NCBI GenBank assembly: GCA_002633005.1
Contig: NMRA01000239.1
Span: 424,195-488,194 of the forward strand
Direction: 5' to 3'
DNA length: 64,000 nt
Source of the DNA: Phoronis australis
Taxonomy: Eukaryota > Animalia > Phoronida
Below the pieces are notes generated by a model, which worked only from the letters and a program-made list of their open reading frames with translations, did no database searches and had not been told where the DNA came from. Shown piece by piece: positions 38,010-51,858 of the stretch. Position 1 is the first letter of the stretch. Each line of letters starts with the position of its first letter. The translations under genes and the position numbers were made by a program.

Positions 38010-40143
38010 AGCTCTGAAGGGCCATAGGAGTGCTTTTCACCGATTGGTGAAATGGGCATAAACCAAAAGAATGGTAGAAAAATTCTTGTTCAGTTTGTTA
38101 GTACTAGATAAATCAAATTCCTTTGACATTTTTAGAAAACCACAAACGGTCTTACCGATTATATTTCGCCTCTTTTACCTTTCTCGAACAACTACGAATC
38201 AAATCGTCTGCCATCTTCTGATCTCAGGTTTTGGCTTAATGAGGTCATGAAGTGACCAGAAAGCCAAGCAATCACCCAAGTGAATGCTTCAATTCACAAG
38301 TTCACAAAAATATAAATGGTGGAGTAACAACCGTGTAGTAGAAAGTCGAAACTTTGCGAATAAGTTCTTGAAGGGCTCGATTTCCGTGCAGTTATAGTGG
38401 CCGTATTATTTCTGCAGATGAATATGTTCATGACAAACGATCGCAGTTTAAAAGTGTGCCAGTTAATATTTGATGTGCGATTCGAGCGTGATGCGTAAGA
38501 CTTAAATCTACACTTTCAACGTACGGACCATAGGCTCTTGAGTTTATCTGTTCCTAGATCACCACTGACGTCACTCACTACATAATAAAACATAAAGATT
38601 GGACTCTAAAGATCGGTTTGCTCAGACAATTCTACTCAAATGTGCATAGAACTCCACGAAACCAGCATCGAATAAATCTTTGAATACCTTCTTTCACTTG
38701 ATCACTTCGAATTACCTTTGAATGGTGATTTGACGACAAAAATGTCACAAAACGCCAAATTCACAAATTCAGGGACCTTTTCTTGTAACGTAAGAGTTTC
38801 ATGGCAGACGACCTTCGAGCATCCGGGTTGCTGGCGGACGATCCCGAAGCAATTCCGATGCTCTGTTTTCGCGCGCCCACTAATGTTATTTGAGTGCCCT
38901 CCAAATAATTTAGTATTAGTTTGAATATATTCTAACTCTGGTTATGTAAAAGAACGTTGTTTATAACTGACGTACCACGGGTTGCTGTCTTCTAACTCTG
39001 GCCTACTGCGAAATCCGGCATTTGCCGATAGGTGATTTGCCGCGACTAAACGTGCGGCCAGACATTTGAAATCTCCGCCAAAAACCGAATGTTCGTTGTG
39101 CTTCAACAAAGAGTAGCACATGATGTCAAGATCAAGCACAAGATAAGCCGCTTCTTGCCATTAAATTCTAGGTCAAGTGGTACAATGAGCTATATGAAGA
39201 ATCAAATTACACGTAAGTAGAAGGTTATTTTTAGAAACCTCAATCATTTAAATTAGAAACAAATTTCTTGACTTTGACACATGGGTTGTAGCGCCTACGC
39301 ACCGTAAGTTACGTTCAGTGCTCAAGGTGATAGGATGGTCTTTGGGCGCCTACTTACCTCTAATTTTACCACTTCACCACTGATTTGGGAGCCTGGCTCG
39401 ACAAAGTTTTAGTGTCCAAAATTATGTTTTTGCAAATTCAAGTGTCAGTGGTACGGATATGCAAGCTTATTAGTTTACCGACTACGTTTCCAAAACCACG
39501 TCTCTAGAAGTCGCTGTGATTTCCTGACAAGTAGTAATTCAATTAAATTAAATACAGGAATTTTCAGTTCTGTTCTATGTACCTTCCTGCTTCAAAGTAG
39601 TAAATTTTTCAAAAATGGAAAGTTGCCAGTCGTTAGTCGTTAAAACAACCCTTAAACAGGCTGCAAGTCCGTACATTGAAATTGTAGATTTTAGTCTCAT
39701 ATATTACACTCGAATTGCTCATAAAATATTAGTCTGTACACAGACGTCGAAATTGTGGTCACGTGAGAATATTTATCTGCAGAAATAACGTGGCGAATAT
39801 AACTGTAAGACAAATCCAGACCGTCAAAAGAACTGAATATTTAGTCGAAGATTCGACGTTTTGCTAATCGTTTGTCACTTCGCCATTTTCATTTTTACCC
39901 AGTGGTGAACTCGTGAACTAACGCACTCACTTGGCATGTAATATGAGGTCATTAGGTCAAAATGTGAGAGTACAAGATGGTAGAAGATTTGATTAGTCCT
40001 TGATAGAGAAAGGTAAAAGAGGCGAAATGTAACCGGGTAAGACCATTTATGGTTCCCTAAATGTCCTAAAGGAAGTTGATTTGTTTAACACTAACACACT
40101 CAACAGGTAATTCCCTCATTCTTTAGATTCATGCCTATTTCAC
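38010..40143. repeat. Second inverted pair of repeat family C (38010-38525 and 39655-40143)
   Basis: Same motifs (aaatcaaattcctttgac, cgtctgccatcttct, aaatggtgg) in opposite orientations; 39170-39290 also matches 33115-33245 directly. Confidence 0.8.
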
Positions 40144-41183
40144 AAATTTTTGAAAAACTTTATTTTACGAAAATCGTGAGGGTGACGATCGTGGGCACTC
40201 TATTCGTTGTGGGTACACTGTTGTTGTTCGTAAACATAGATTGGAAAATGCCAAAAATAATTTCGAATTCAATTTCCAGTAAAAAAAAACGCGAGAGCCT
40301 CGGGGAATTGCAAGACGAAGCAAGGCTATCGCCACGTGTTAACAGCGAAGCAAGTGATAACACTGGCTTCCTGCGCGAGAATATTGTGTCTACGAAAATC
40401 AGCCCGGATCAATTGTCTCAACAATTCAATGATAGAAACATTGTTAGATTTGTTAGTGGTCCGCATCCTGAGCACGTCAACGATATTTCGAAATACTGTT
40501 GTGAAATTGTTATGTTTTTTCAGTAAGCGCTATTTACTTCAGATGTTAACTTTTTAAAAGCTGTCTTGTTTTACGTATTAAGCTATTCGTGGAACAGGAT
40601 TGACCTGTTCATGTTTATTTGCCAATGAATTACGACTGCAGATGAAAATACCAGCAGCTGTGGCATTACAGAGGACACACTGATCGTCACCATGACAAAA
40701 GACCATACAATTGCCAAAAGTGTGACACTTCATTCTGCTCAAAGGAAGATGAACGTCGCCGCAAACTTTCGTCCATGGCGACACACATATGCAGAAACGT
40801 GTTTGATGGAGATTCGTGGAAACATCAAATAGTGTGCAATATGATAGGAAATTTATACGTGTAAGGCACCACAAGATACGGAGTACTTTAATTAAGTACC
40901 ATAGCAGTATCTATTTGAAGACCCTGTTGCTTGTTCTGTACATTTTCCATAGAGTGTTTTTAACCTTAGTAGTTGTACAGTATTACCTAGCATTCCTATT
41001 GTTCACAGGCCTACCACTTGTATCCAATGTGCATCCATTATTGACATAACACTATTTCCCTTCAACAACGTGTCCTACGTGCTTTATTCTACCCAAGAAA
41101 CACAAGAATTTGACCATGGAAAGAATGCTATGCTGACACCCTCACCGGTCGTTGCCGAAACTCGACTCGTTCTCTAACCTTAA

Positions 41184-42510
41184 AGGAGAAGGCAACCTTT
41201 TTCATGTCACTTTTAGCAAAAATAAGGTTCGTTGACTATCCCAGACACATTTTTCACTTAATTACAGCTTTTCGTAATTTGACTAATTTCTCGTCCTCTA
41301 CTCCGGAAGTGACGTTTTGGGAGGCAAGAATTTCGCGCCAATTTCTTTTCATTATAGTCTGACTGTGAGGGCTGTCGAGTCAGTCATTGTTCTATCTCAG
41401 TTGTGATAAGTTCGGTCGTCGTTTGCTTTTGTTTACAAGTCAGTCAACATGCCACGCTGTTGCTGCGTGCCGGGATGTATTCATTATCGTCTCACACGCG
41501 CTTTGGGTACCTTGCGTCTCTTTCCGACACACTTCGCCGTACTTGGCTAGCACGTTCATTTGAAGAACGCAGTGCTACCCGTCCACGCAACGTACAGAGC
41601 AGTGGAGGGTTACCGAGTGTGTGGCAAGCATTTTCTGCCGTCAGATTACGACAGAGATATGTTCGCTGAATTGAAGAAGGTCCCTGCGAAACAACGCCTG
41701 AAGAAGGGTACCATACCGTCGCTGTTTATTCCCGACAGTGCCCCGTCGCCAACCCCGAGAAGTGCGTTTTTGAAGCGAGAAGCCTCGCGAGCTGTGGCCG
41801 CTATATACAGTGACTAGAGGCACTTCATCTACTGTCACCCCTGCCTCCGAGCGTACCCCATTGCGTGCAATTCCGGGACCTAGCAGTGATTCGCCCTGTG
41901 CTGTTGTTTCTAGCCCAGAGCCTGTAAGCAGCCCTGCAGCGATGTCGAGTAGTGGGAGTGAATACAGGCCCAGTTCGACACCCTGTGAATAGGACAGTTC
42001 GTCATCCAATGAACAGATCGGTGAGCCTATAAGTTTGATAAGTTTATTGTGGACTTGTATTGGAGCTATTTAAAAGGTGCCAGGTGTGTAGCGAGGGAGT
42101 CACACGGCGGGATCTAAGCAGTTTCGGTGCTCAGATCACCCTCCAATGGGAGTGTGTCGCGAGACACTCGGGCAAGTGGGACAGTTCTTCCTCTGTACGT
42201 GAGACGATAATGAGTACACCCCAGTACGCAGCAACAGCGTGGCATGTTGACTGACTCGTAAGCAAAAGCAAACGACGACCGAACTTATCACAACCGAGGT
42301 AGAACAATAACTGACTCGACTGCTCTCACAGTCAGACTATATGAACAGAAATTGGCGCGAAATTCTTGCCTCCCAAAACGTCACTTCCGGAGTAGACGAC
42401 GAGTAATTAATTAAATTACGAAAAGCAATAAATAAGTGAAAAATATGTCTGGGATAATCGTCGAACCTCATTTTTGCTAAAAATGACATGAAAAAAGGTT
42501 GCCTTCGCCT
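41184..42510 (+). mobile_element. Kolobok-like non-autonomous DNA transposon with THAP domain
   Basis: TTAA|AGGAGAAGGCAACC...GGTTGCCTTCGCCT|TTAA with ~295-bp TIRs. Frameshifted THAP (MPRCCCVPGC...W...RVCGKHF...LKKGTIPSLF) and LFKRCQVC...WECVARHSGKWDS zinc ribbon; no catalytic core. Confidence 0.85.
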
Positions 42511-43459
42511 TTAAACACCCAGCTTCAGCTGACCTTATCGTTCTATAGGGATTAAACTGGGTTACCAGGCGTGAAATTAAACATAGTTGTAAACACAGAA
42601 AGCGACGTCACAATACTAATTTTAAAAAATTCGCTTGGAAAGAGAGGTTTTAATAGCATGAAGTATTCAAAGAGTTCGTAAACACGTGGTCAGGTCTTTC
42701 AGTTTTGAAAATCAGACAAGAAATGTGACTTTTATATCGAAAATTCACATTCAGTATTCTGGTTCTGAGATTCAGCTGAGTGTACTACACGATGAACCAA
42801 CTACAAACAGTTGGAAATTGAGGAAAGCCAAGTGTCATTGCACAATTATGGACATGTCAAGCAACTTTATTACAGTAAAACGTCCATCACATACTTGGGT
42901 AGGCTTGGGCTATTACATATGTAGTAGAAATCCATTAAACCAGTTGCCATAAAAATTAATCACCTTCGGTAGCAAATTTACAAAGTTATCAAATGTCGCT
43001 TTGTCAAAATCGTCAATTCTTTGTTCATGTTCATGAACATCAGATTTTTTAGACTGTGTTTAAATAATTTAAATTAATGTCTGAGAGATAAGTCTTATAC
43101 ATTGTCTTCCAAAGACAAGTGTACTACTTTTGAACGTTCCGTCATCTTTTTTCCTAATTACTGGTGATTCAACAAAGATAGTTAAGCTTTTGTCTATCTC
43201 TTCAAGTCTTGTTTGTTGATGTTAACCTTCTACTTTGTGACACTGCAATCGTTATTGGTTCATGAACATCTGGTCAATCGGTGTGTACCCGCTTCTCTGC
43301 ATAATTCCAAATGGCATATGGCATAAATGCGTTATACATGTGCACGACACGCAGCGTTTGTACCTGACCGATTCTCCGGCAAAATTACTCACATTTTACG
43401 GTCAGTGTGCTTCATTCTATAGGACAGTTTTTGCGAAGAAAAGCAATTTCATAGAATTA

Positions 43460-43532
43460 GCAGCAACGGGCAATCGAACCCGTTAACTTCACAAAACCAG
43501 TCGAATGACTACCGCTGAACCAGTCCCCAACC
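43460..43532 (-). mobile_element. Degenerate tRNA-derived SINE head
   Basis: Minus strand CTGGTTCAGCGGTAG...GGGTTCGATTGCCC (A and B boxes); no cloverleaf. Confidence 0.5.
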
Positions 43533-45528
43533 GTTTTATAGCACAGTATTTTAAAATACCGTTTTGCTTCATTTCATTAAAAACTTCATCAGAGGATCCG
43601 TAACGCAAATTAGTTCGGTTGACACTAAGCCCAATATTCGTACGACACAACTCCAAATATCATAAAACTTAACTGTAGTTAATGTTAATTTTTATCTTAT
43701 TTTTATTTGTGGTGGAGCAGGACCGTAATGAGTGACAGCCGACTGATGCATTATGGGTACTGACTGCCGCCATATGTAATGAGGTTTCTACGGAAACCCC
43801 GCCCGCACTTTTTCAAAATACTTCAAAAAAATTCATAGCAAAACAATTCATACAGAAACAAGGCTGAAAGCTACGAACTATTTTTATTTAAGTGATACAT
43901 GTATCTTTCAAACCGCAGAATTTACCATGTGCTCCGAATCGGTGAATGTAAGGGAACCGATATCTTTAAATGTATGTTAAATGTTAGACACACGCCCTGC
44001 TCTGATAATTGTCTGCAAACGTGAATAAAACATTGGTTTCGACTGACTTTCATAGACATCGTTAATTTGGGGAACTTAAAAAACACCAAGAAAATATAAT
44101 TTGTTTCGAAATGTAGTCACATTTGCGTAATTGAGGTTTACGGAAATTCCCGGAAGACATTCACCTAAATGTCAATAAAAAGTTTACCTACGTTACTTTA
44201 GAAACCGTTCATTATTGTCAAAGGATTTGTTGTTAGAATATACATTGTTATTGGATGGAAGTTGAACCTCAAGAGTCCCTTATCCGTTTGATATACTGTC
44301 AAACCTGCCGTCCCAAAGGCTCACTCTTTGACTTCACAACATCTACCACTCAAGAGTGTTACTTTTCCAGGAAAATCATCCACGGCTGGACATGGTTTTC
44401 TCGTGAATGTCGCTACACCGTATTTCGGTCTACCTCGTGGTGAAGATCTTCAGGACCTTGGCTACATTTTCTTTGAACAACGTTACTGATGTCATGATAT
44501 CCTAGATCAGCCACTGACACGATATTTGTAGATTTTATTTCAAACCCTTCTTATTGGCTACAGTTTTACGCAGCGTTCTTATTTCACAAGGACGTTACTA
44601 GACAATCGAAGCGCACGAACTTATAACCATGGTACAGAACCAATGAACGTCAACGTCAGACATGCGATCAAAATCAGACAAGTGATCAAAATACATGTAA
44701 CTTCATACGAACCACAGTGAGAACTACGTTTTTTCAAATGGTTCATACGTGTAAATGAGTCGATGATCTGTCTGATTTTGTTCAAATGACTGATTTTGCA
44801 CTTCGTACACGTCACACGTGGTGCTGTGAATCAGTGTTTCGAACGGATGATTGAGTTGTCCTGGCGTTTGGCCGTCCGGAGTTTTGTGAAGTTTCTCATG
44901 TTAAGTTGAAATGTAAACAATAACGCTTAAAATCGTGACGCGATAACCGACACAACTACACTTCACGTATATAAATGCTACTTACATATTAAAACAAGGT
45001 AAGTGCCTAGAACATAATCTTCCCAAGAGTCTAACTTTGAGACGTTGACTTGCCACTCGTTGACCGTCCGATTTACATGGTGAAAGTACTTAACCATGTT
45101 TCCTCGTCAACGCGTTATTACACAATGCACGCAGCGTCTTATCGATCAGTACTTATTCTTATAGAGACGTCGCGGTTTTAACTCAATCGCTACACACTAG
45201 GGGTGGGATGAAATGTGATTCGTTATACTCGTTACTATGCGACACATGCAGAAATCAAATACTTTGCGAAAATTCTAGATATTTTCACACGACGTTGAGA
45301 AGTTTCCTGAATCCTTCTGCTCTCTGTTGATGCTCCAACTTCAATGCAATAATGGGCCGCCATGCGTTTGACAACTATTTGCCTTGCATATTCTTGGGTT
45401 TCATCCACGCACCTTAAGACTGTTATCTACACAAACTACATCGGGAACAATGTGGCACATCCGCCACATGTCGGGAAAACCGCGGTCATCCAACAAAAGT
45501 TCAAATGTTCAATTTCCGCGGCGGTCTT

Positions 45529-45847
45529 CAGTGGCGGATTTAGAGGGGGGGNNNNNNNNNNNNNNNNNNNNNNNNNNNNNNNNNNNNNNNNNNNNNNNNN
45601 NNNNNNNNNNNNNNNNNNNNNNNNNNNNNNNNNNNNNNNNNNNNNNNNNNNNNNNNNNNNNNNNNTGAATAAACAATGCATAGGCCCTGACCAAACCCCG
45701 TTTACCTTTTTTTAGTCAAAAAGTCCGCAAACCCAAAAATTCGAGACCTCCTGCATCCCTACATTTTAGGCTGGGCGGGCGCATCTGCCGAAATTCTGGT
45801 GATTCCTGTGCCCTGCCCCCCAACTCAAAATCTTGGATCCGCCCCTG
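45529..45847. mobile_element. hAT-like MITE family B with 5-bp TSD (gtctt)
   Basis: gtctt|cagtggcggatttag...cttggatccgcccctg|gtctt; contains the N gap; inverted homologue of 57921-58196. Confidence 0.85.
45552..45665. other. Assembly gap (114 N)
   Basis: Run of N directly after a poly-G tract. Confidence 1.
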
Positions 45848-46879
45848 GTCTTGGTGGTAGAAACACAATGCAAGTTTGAAATTGTAGCATCAGGATAATG
45901 TCAGCCTCAACAGCACCAACCACGCGGCGGCACGGCAACTGACGCAAAGCATTCATAGTTGTGCAGAGGCCCGCGGCTCCTGACCCGTACACAAGAAGGT
46001 GCAGATGAAAGAACCAGTCATCCTGCTTCCTACTAGATTTACCATACTATAACTTGAAGTCATACTGGTAAATTACAGGCTCTCATTCAGTGAGAACATT
46101 TTCATTCTCACATTGTTCACAGTGGTCGAGTACAGTAGTTTTCCAATAATGTTGACCAAATCTCTTTTCGTTTAAACTTGGCGACATTTTGGAGAAAATG
46201 GTTTTGAGAAATTTTCAAATGATTTGATTAACTTGATATCCTGATGTTTTTTTCAAGGCTTTTTCCACGACTGTGATGAAGTTAGACCGCTTTCGACACT
46301 AGTTATCAACTTTTTTGAAAACTGCTGTACTTGAAAATGTGAAAGAGACTGGCTAAATTGAGTGTCCTCACAATCACGCACAAAAACAATTGTACATTAT
46401 ACTTATATTCTCACAATGACTCAAATCAACAACGAAACTTACAAATATTGAAAAACTACCTTACAGAAAATATAGTGGAACTTGCTTGATATTGTGACAG
46501 TTTTCATATCCTTGGTTGACGTTCAAAATACAAGTTTCGCGTGGTATCATCAAAGGTAGATAAACTAAATACACAGCCTGGTGACTGATGATATTTATCT
46601 ACCACAGTTTCTGCAGACTGACTGCATCAAACACAAAATCACAACTAATGCATTGCAGGGTGTCCAAAATGCTAATTCCACCGTTAGAAACAAACTGCAC
46701 AATTATGGGACCTGTTTTATCAAGGGTTGAACACTTGGTCATAACTAAGACGGTCAAAGTTATATGTACATAACTGCGAACAGCACACTGTATTTTTTAT
46801 CAGAACAAAAAAACTTTGCAACAAGCATGAATACAACTCAATGTTTACAATAGACTACCATCTACTGAAATTGTACCCT

Positions 46880-47472
46880 CTGGGGGTACGTTTAGAGGCA
46901 CTGGTGGCAGTAGATGAAGGACCTCCAGTCACTGCAGAGGCCACCGCTCTTTAGGCTTCTCGCCGGGAATCAATAGCGACGGTATGGCACCCTTCTTCAG
47001 ACGCTGTTTTGCAGGAACCTTCACCAATTCCGCGCACATTTCTCTTTCGGAATCCAACGGCAAAAATGCCTGCCACACACTCGGTAATTCTCCACTGGTT
47101 GTACGTTGAGTGGATGGGTAACGCTGCGTTCTTCACCCGAACGAGCCAACTACGGTGGAGTGTGTCATCTTTCGGAAAGCGATGTAATGGCATATCTAAC
47201 GTGCGCGTAAGACGATAATGAGTGCACCCCGGTGCGCAGAAACCGTGCAGAATGTTCACTGACTCGTAAACAAACGGAAATGACAACCAAACTTATCACA
47301 ACCGAGGTAAAACAATGACTGACCCGACAGCTCACACAGTCAGACTATATGAAAACAAAATTATGGCGGGGAATTCTTAACCCCTAAACGTCATTTCTGG
47401 TGTACGGATATGTCTAGGATAATCAACGAACGGTATTTTTGTTAAAAACGACATGAAAAAAGGTTGCCTTCG
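46880..47472 (-). mobile_element. Truncated relative of the Kolobok/THAP element at 41184
   Basis: Shares the terminus (gaaggcaaccttttttcatgtc) and THAP: CAPGCTHYRLTRTLDMPLHRFPKDDTLHRSWLVRVKNAALP. Confidence 0.85.
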
Positions 47473-49061
47473 TTAATAGTTAGTCATGTCTTACATTATT
47501 TACCTCTGTTGTTTGGAAATAGTGTACTCTTCATATTGGCGCTCTCTAAAGTAACGGGAGTGCGAAAATGACTTCCGCTTGGTCCCAACTCAGATTTGGT
47601 TGACTGAATTTTAATTACTACCCAGTAGTTCATTAATTTGAAAACAGAGGAATAAATCCCACTCTCAGTCCCCTCCTACTGTTTGATTAGGTTAAGTTTA
47701 CTAATATATTTCAGATTGTTGACATCGACTGGGATCGAAATTCTCACGTTTTATCAGCCACATCCACTGGGTTTCGCACGGATGCTTCTTCGAAATGGGA
47801 AATGCATGAAACATGATATCTTTGTTCATCCATGGATATTTCAAGAGGTTTGCCTTATTCCTTAAGACATTAGTATATCCCACCGCACAGCACGGGAAAT
47901 TTATTCAGCATAAGGATTGCAGGGAAGGTGTTAACACGCCGTTTATACCGCATTACATCGGATCTGTAGGTGGCGCTGAACGCTTGTCCACCAAAGACCT
48001 GATCGCCATCAATTTCAATATGGCGCGGCTATTTCAAAAATCAGCTATCCATTATCACAATATAGCATTGTTAATGATGTTTTAAAAGTAATGTAGTCTC
48101 TAAGATTAGTAATTATGTTTTCGTGTTCAACACAGTCATTTGAGAGAGAATGTAGACGTCTGTAATATATAGTAAATCACGATATTTTATCAACATGCAA
48201 TACTAGTCTACCATTAGCTATCCACGTGTTTTGCTTGTGCATTTTGTACTTAAATAAGACAATTTACGTGAATGGATTGTGCTTAGAGCAGATATCCTAG
48301 CTAAAATGAGTGTAATTTAACGTCTGGATTTCCTTTGATTCAGAGTGTTTGAAAATGTATTTCCTATGTCATTATGTTTCAAATTTGAAATAGGTTGTTC
48401 AGTCAATGATGTTATAAATCACGACACATAACATTTGAAGATTGTTTTCGTACCGATAGAAAGACATGTTGTAGGGTGGTCGAAAAGCGAGGAAAGAAAA
48501 ACTTGCAAATTGTAACGGCACCACACTCGACTTTATACAATACATCTGGTAGCAGACTATTTTTTCGCATTCAACCTAGCGGATAAATACTACGATAACT
48601 GGACACCGCGAGCTCATTTATTCAATTCACGTTTACTTTCTCGTTCGCGTAAAAATTTAGCTGTAACGTAAAGCGGCACGCGCAGTTAACTACGCGTCAT
48701 AATTTACGTTCATGTCGCTTTTTCGAAACCTCTCAAATTTCACGTAATATATAACTTTTGAGGCAACAATGGGAAGAACATGTAGTACATGTTTGTGACG
48801 TCACTGAAATGATGTCATATCCTGGAAGCTGAAAAGTATTGAGGTCATCGCGATCATTCAGCCAGCTTTCCTACATGTATAAGTTGAAAAGACTAGGAGT
48901 CATTTTAGGCAAAGAAGGGGAGCTGCCAGTATGTAACTAGGTAGTTGTAGGATTCATATTTTGCTATGTAATAAAATCCCCGTTTTATTATGCACCACTT
49001 TCATTTCTTCTGATGACTCGAAGGAATAATCGCAAAAACTACCGTATTGACAGTGCCTCCG

Positions 49062-49193
49062 GGGTAGAGTTCAGTTGTTGTTTCGCGGCTAAAGAAAAAT
49101 CTAGCCAAAATCACGACAATATTTCGCGTAATATCGCTTAGTCTTTCTTTTAGCGGGGTCCTAGCGAGATTCTAGCGTTACTGAACTCTACCC
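49062..49193. mobile_element. MITE family A, copy 5
   Basis: gggtagagttcagtt...ttactgaactctaccc. Confidence 0.8.
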
Positions 49194-50055
49194 TCGTCTA
49201 CCTTATGCTTAACGCGAACCCATTTGGAAGATGTTAATTTATTAAATTTGTCAGAATAAATATTGATTGAGTAATTAGTACACATAGTTCCATTTAAGTT
49301 GCTCCAAAATTTGTCCATAGGTACTTTTAAAACCATAGTGTCAAACCTGTTTACATGTATTTTGACGTCAACATCTATTTTTAGATGATGTTTATCACTT
49401 TAGTTCTGGGGCCAATGCAGGCTAAACATTCTAGAAAATTCTGAGAGCAAATCGCAATTGACATTGATATGATAAGATAAGATCATGTGGTTCTTATTAG
49501 CCAATCGTTAAGTAAATACTTTATAACAATTTGAGCAGAAGTTTGCAAAATACTCAGAAGGGATGAAAACGTGGAAGCTAGAAGACCTGCTACAGGATAC
49601 AGAAGAAATTGTACAACAACGCCATCTCGTGGATTCTAAAGAGGATCTTGGCAATGTTAACGAAAAGGAAGCTTCTCACTTGCATCGTGTGTAGCAAGAT
49701 ACTGCCTACACGTGTTGCGTCATGAAGGATTTTGACCAGCAAGTACACTGTCGCAGCACAGTGTGTGTTAGTTCGAAGATTCACCAACAGGACCGTTATC
49801 CAACTATCGAGTCCGACAGCTTGGATAGCAGATAAGACGTTTGATTATATAGTTAATTGATTGAAGTTATCCTTAGAGAGGGCGCTAGCGTAGTTACTCT
49901 TCTTCATTGTTAGTCTACTTAATTAACAACAGGTTTCATTTGTTTTAGTTGTTATCATATAATTACATTATTTAACCATCTTGAACGTCTGCTGAACCTC
50001 ACCCGTCAACCTCTGTCGACTTCGCCAAACTGGCTGCTCAGTTGAAACCCTTATA

Positions 50056-50900
50056 TGACGCCGATTCCTGATTCTACTGATCAATCGCCCGCCGTTGCCC
50101 CGCCGCTGGTACCGTCATCTCTCGTCCACCCATCTCCACCTGCCTGCATCGCCACATCCCCAGCTCCCGCTAGCCTCCGACTCGGCTGCAACTTCTTCAT
50201 TTGCCGGTATTGACCCTTCTACCAATACTCTGTATGTATCCTGTCCTCTGGGGTTCCATATCGACTCCAAAACGTGCCAACGAATTCATTGAATTTTCTT
50301 CTCTCCTTTTACATAATCCTTCCGCCCCCTCCACTCCCTCCGTCTCCATCTTCTTCAACGGCAACACCCCCGTCTTTTCCAGCTCGTCACGACCAAAGGC
50401 CATCTCGTACATCTTCCAGCGGACTCAGGCCTTCAACATTTCCTAGTCATCCTGGTTCTGAAGTTACCCAAATATTTTACCATTATTCCCACTGTCACGC
50501 TCACTACGTCCTGGCGGCGGTCTTGTTTTATGACACGCACTTCAGGAAATTTAGATGATCTTTCCCCTTCGAATGGGACCATATCCAATGGGACCTCTGG
50601 CGCCATGTTTGCCTCAAGTTCGACAAAGCCCAACGCCACCCCACCTACCGTCAGTCCTTTCGTCAAGGCTCATCCACCTTCATATTTTTCGAGGCCGCTG
50701 TGCCTCGACCCCTAACCTCCACTCTTTCCCCACATGTCAATGACTCTCTTTGTTCTACGATTACTGGTTTAATTGTACCACGTGATCTCTTTGTCTCGTC
50801 GCAACACTGGGCCATCGTCCACAATTCTCTCCAAATTTCAGTTTTCACTCAATTTCTCTTTCCCTCCTTGGCAGATTGTCACCCACCTTTACAGTTCAAC
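50056..50900 (+). mobile_element. DIRS/Ngaro (tyrosine-recombinase retrotransposon) gag-like ORF1 remnant
   Basis: Pro/Ser-rich start, then PLGFHIDSKTCQRI/EFIEFSSLL and HYVLAAVLFYDTHFRKFR*SFPFEWDHIQWDLW, matching the YD..FR...W...LW gag motif; frameshifted. Confidence 0.6.
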
Positions 50901-51748
50901 ATATAACTTTTGTAATTACCGATATCTGTAGTAGTTTAGTTTGTCATAATATATATGACCTTTTATCTCATCTACAAGTGTTGTTGTACTGTAAACTAGC
51001 TTCGGTATCGCTTCGCAGTTAGCGCATATAAAGATTTTTGATGCAAAGATGAGTGACGTAAAAAAAGTAACACTCCATATTTAGATGTGCACACCAGAAG
51101 AAGACATAACTTCGATACATTTTATACGTATTTTTGAAATCTTGGCATGTATTTAACAACTTTGGATGTTCCCAAGAAAAAGTTTGCTCCACGTGTTCCG
51201 CTGTGCCGCCAGTTGGAAATTATATTTAAGTTAGATGAAAACTGGTATGTATGCAATTCTTCCTTCAGTTTGAGAGACAATGCATCCACTGACTTTTAAC
51301 AGTGCTTCTCTATCAAACGTGTGGACGAGATATACGTACGTTGGATGAAGTGAAAATACTATAGGGGAAGTGAAATGGTTAATATTTAATCAAACTTTTT
51401 GAAAAGAAAAATTAAAAAAAGTTTTCAAGAAACTAGTTTGACATTTTTAAGGGTTGTTAGATATCATGTTTACATACATGTAAATTCAACTAAAACATCC
51501 TGCAAGACATTTCTTAATTACATCATTAAAAAGTGGCTTACGTGGCAGAGTACCATTTCCATAGAGGTACATAACGGAAGATGACAAAGTTAACTGATTA
51601 CTAAAATACTGGAGTCTCTTCGAAGGCGAATAAGTTGTAACACATGCAGTGTTCGGAAACCATAAAAGGTAAGTTTATTTTAAAAATAGTGATGTTCTTT
51701 CTTAAGTGAATTGGTTGCAACATTTGTATTTTACTATAATAGTGTGTA

Positions 51749-51858
<110 letters not shown>

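Larger units (their letters stand above)
45220..46050 (-). mobile_element. Harbinger/ISL2EU (DDE_Tnp_4-like) transposase remnant, split by a MITE
   Basis: Broken minus frames: ADIILM...FLPP...ELLLDDRGFP (cf. LADRGF) and VVKRMAAHYCIEV (cf. TR.IA..RI.VE). Confidence 0.5.
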
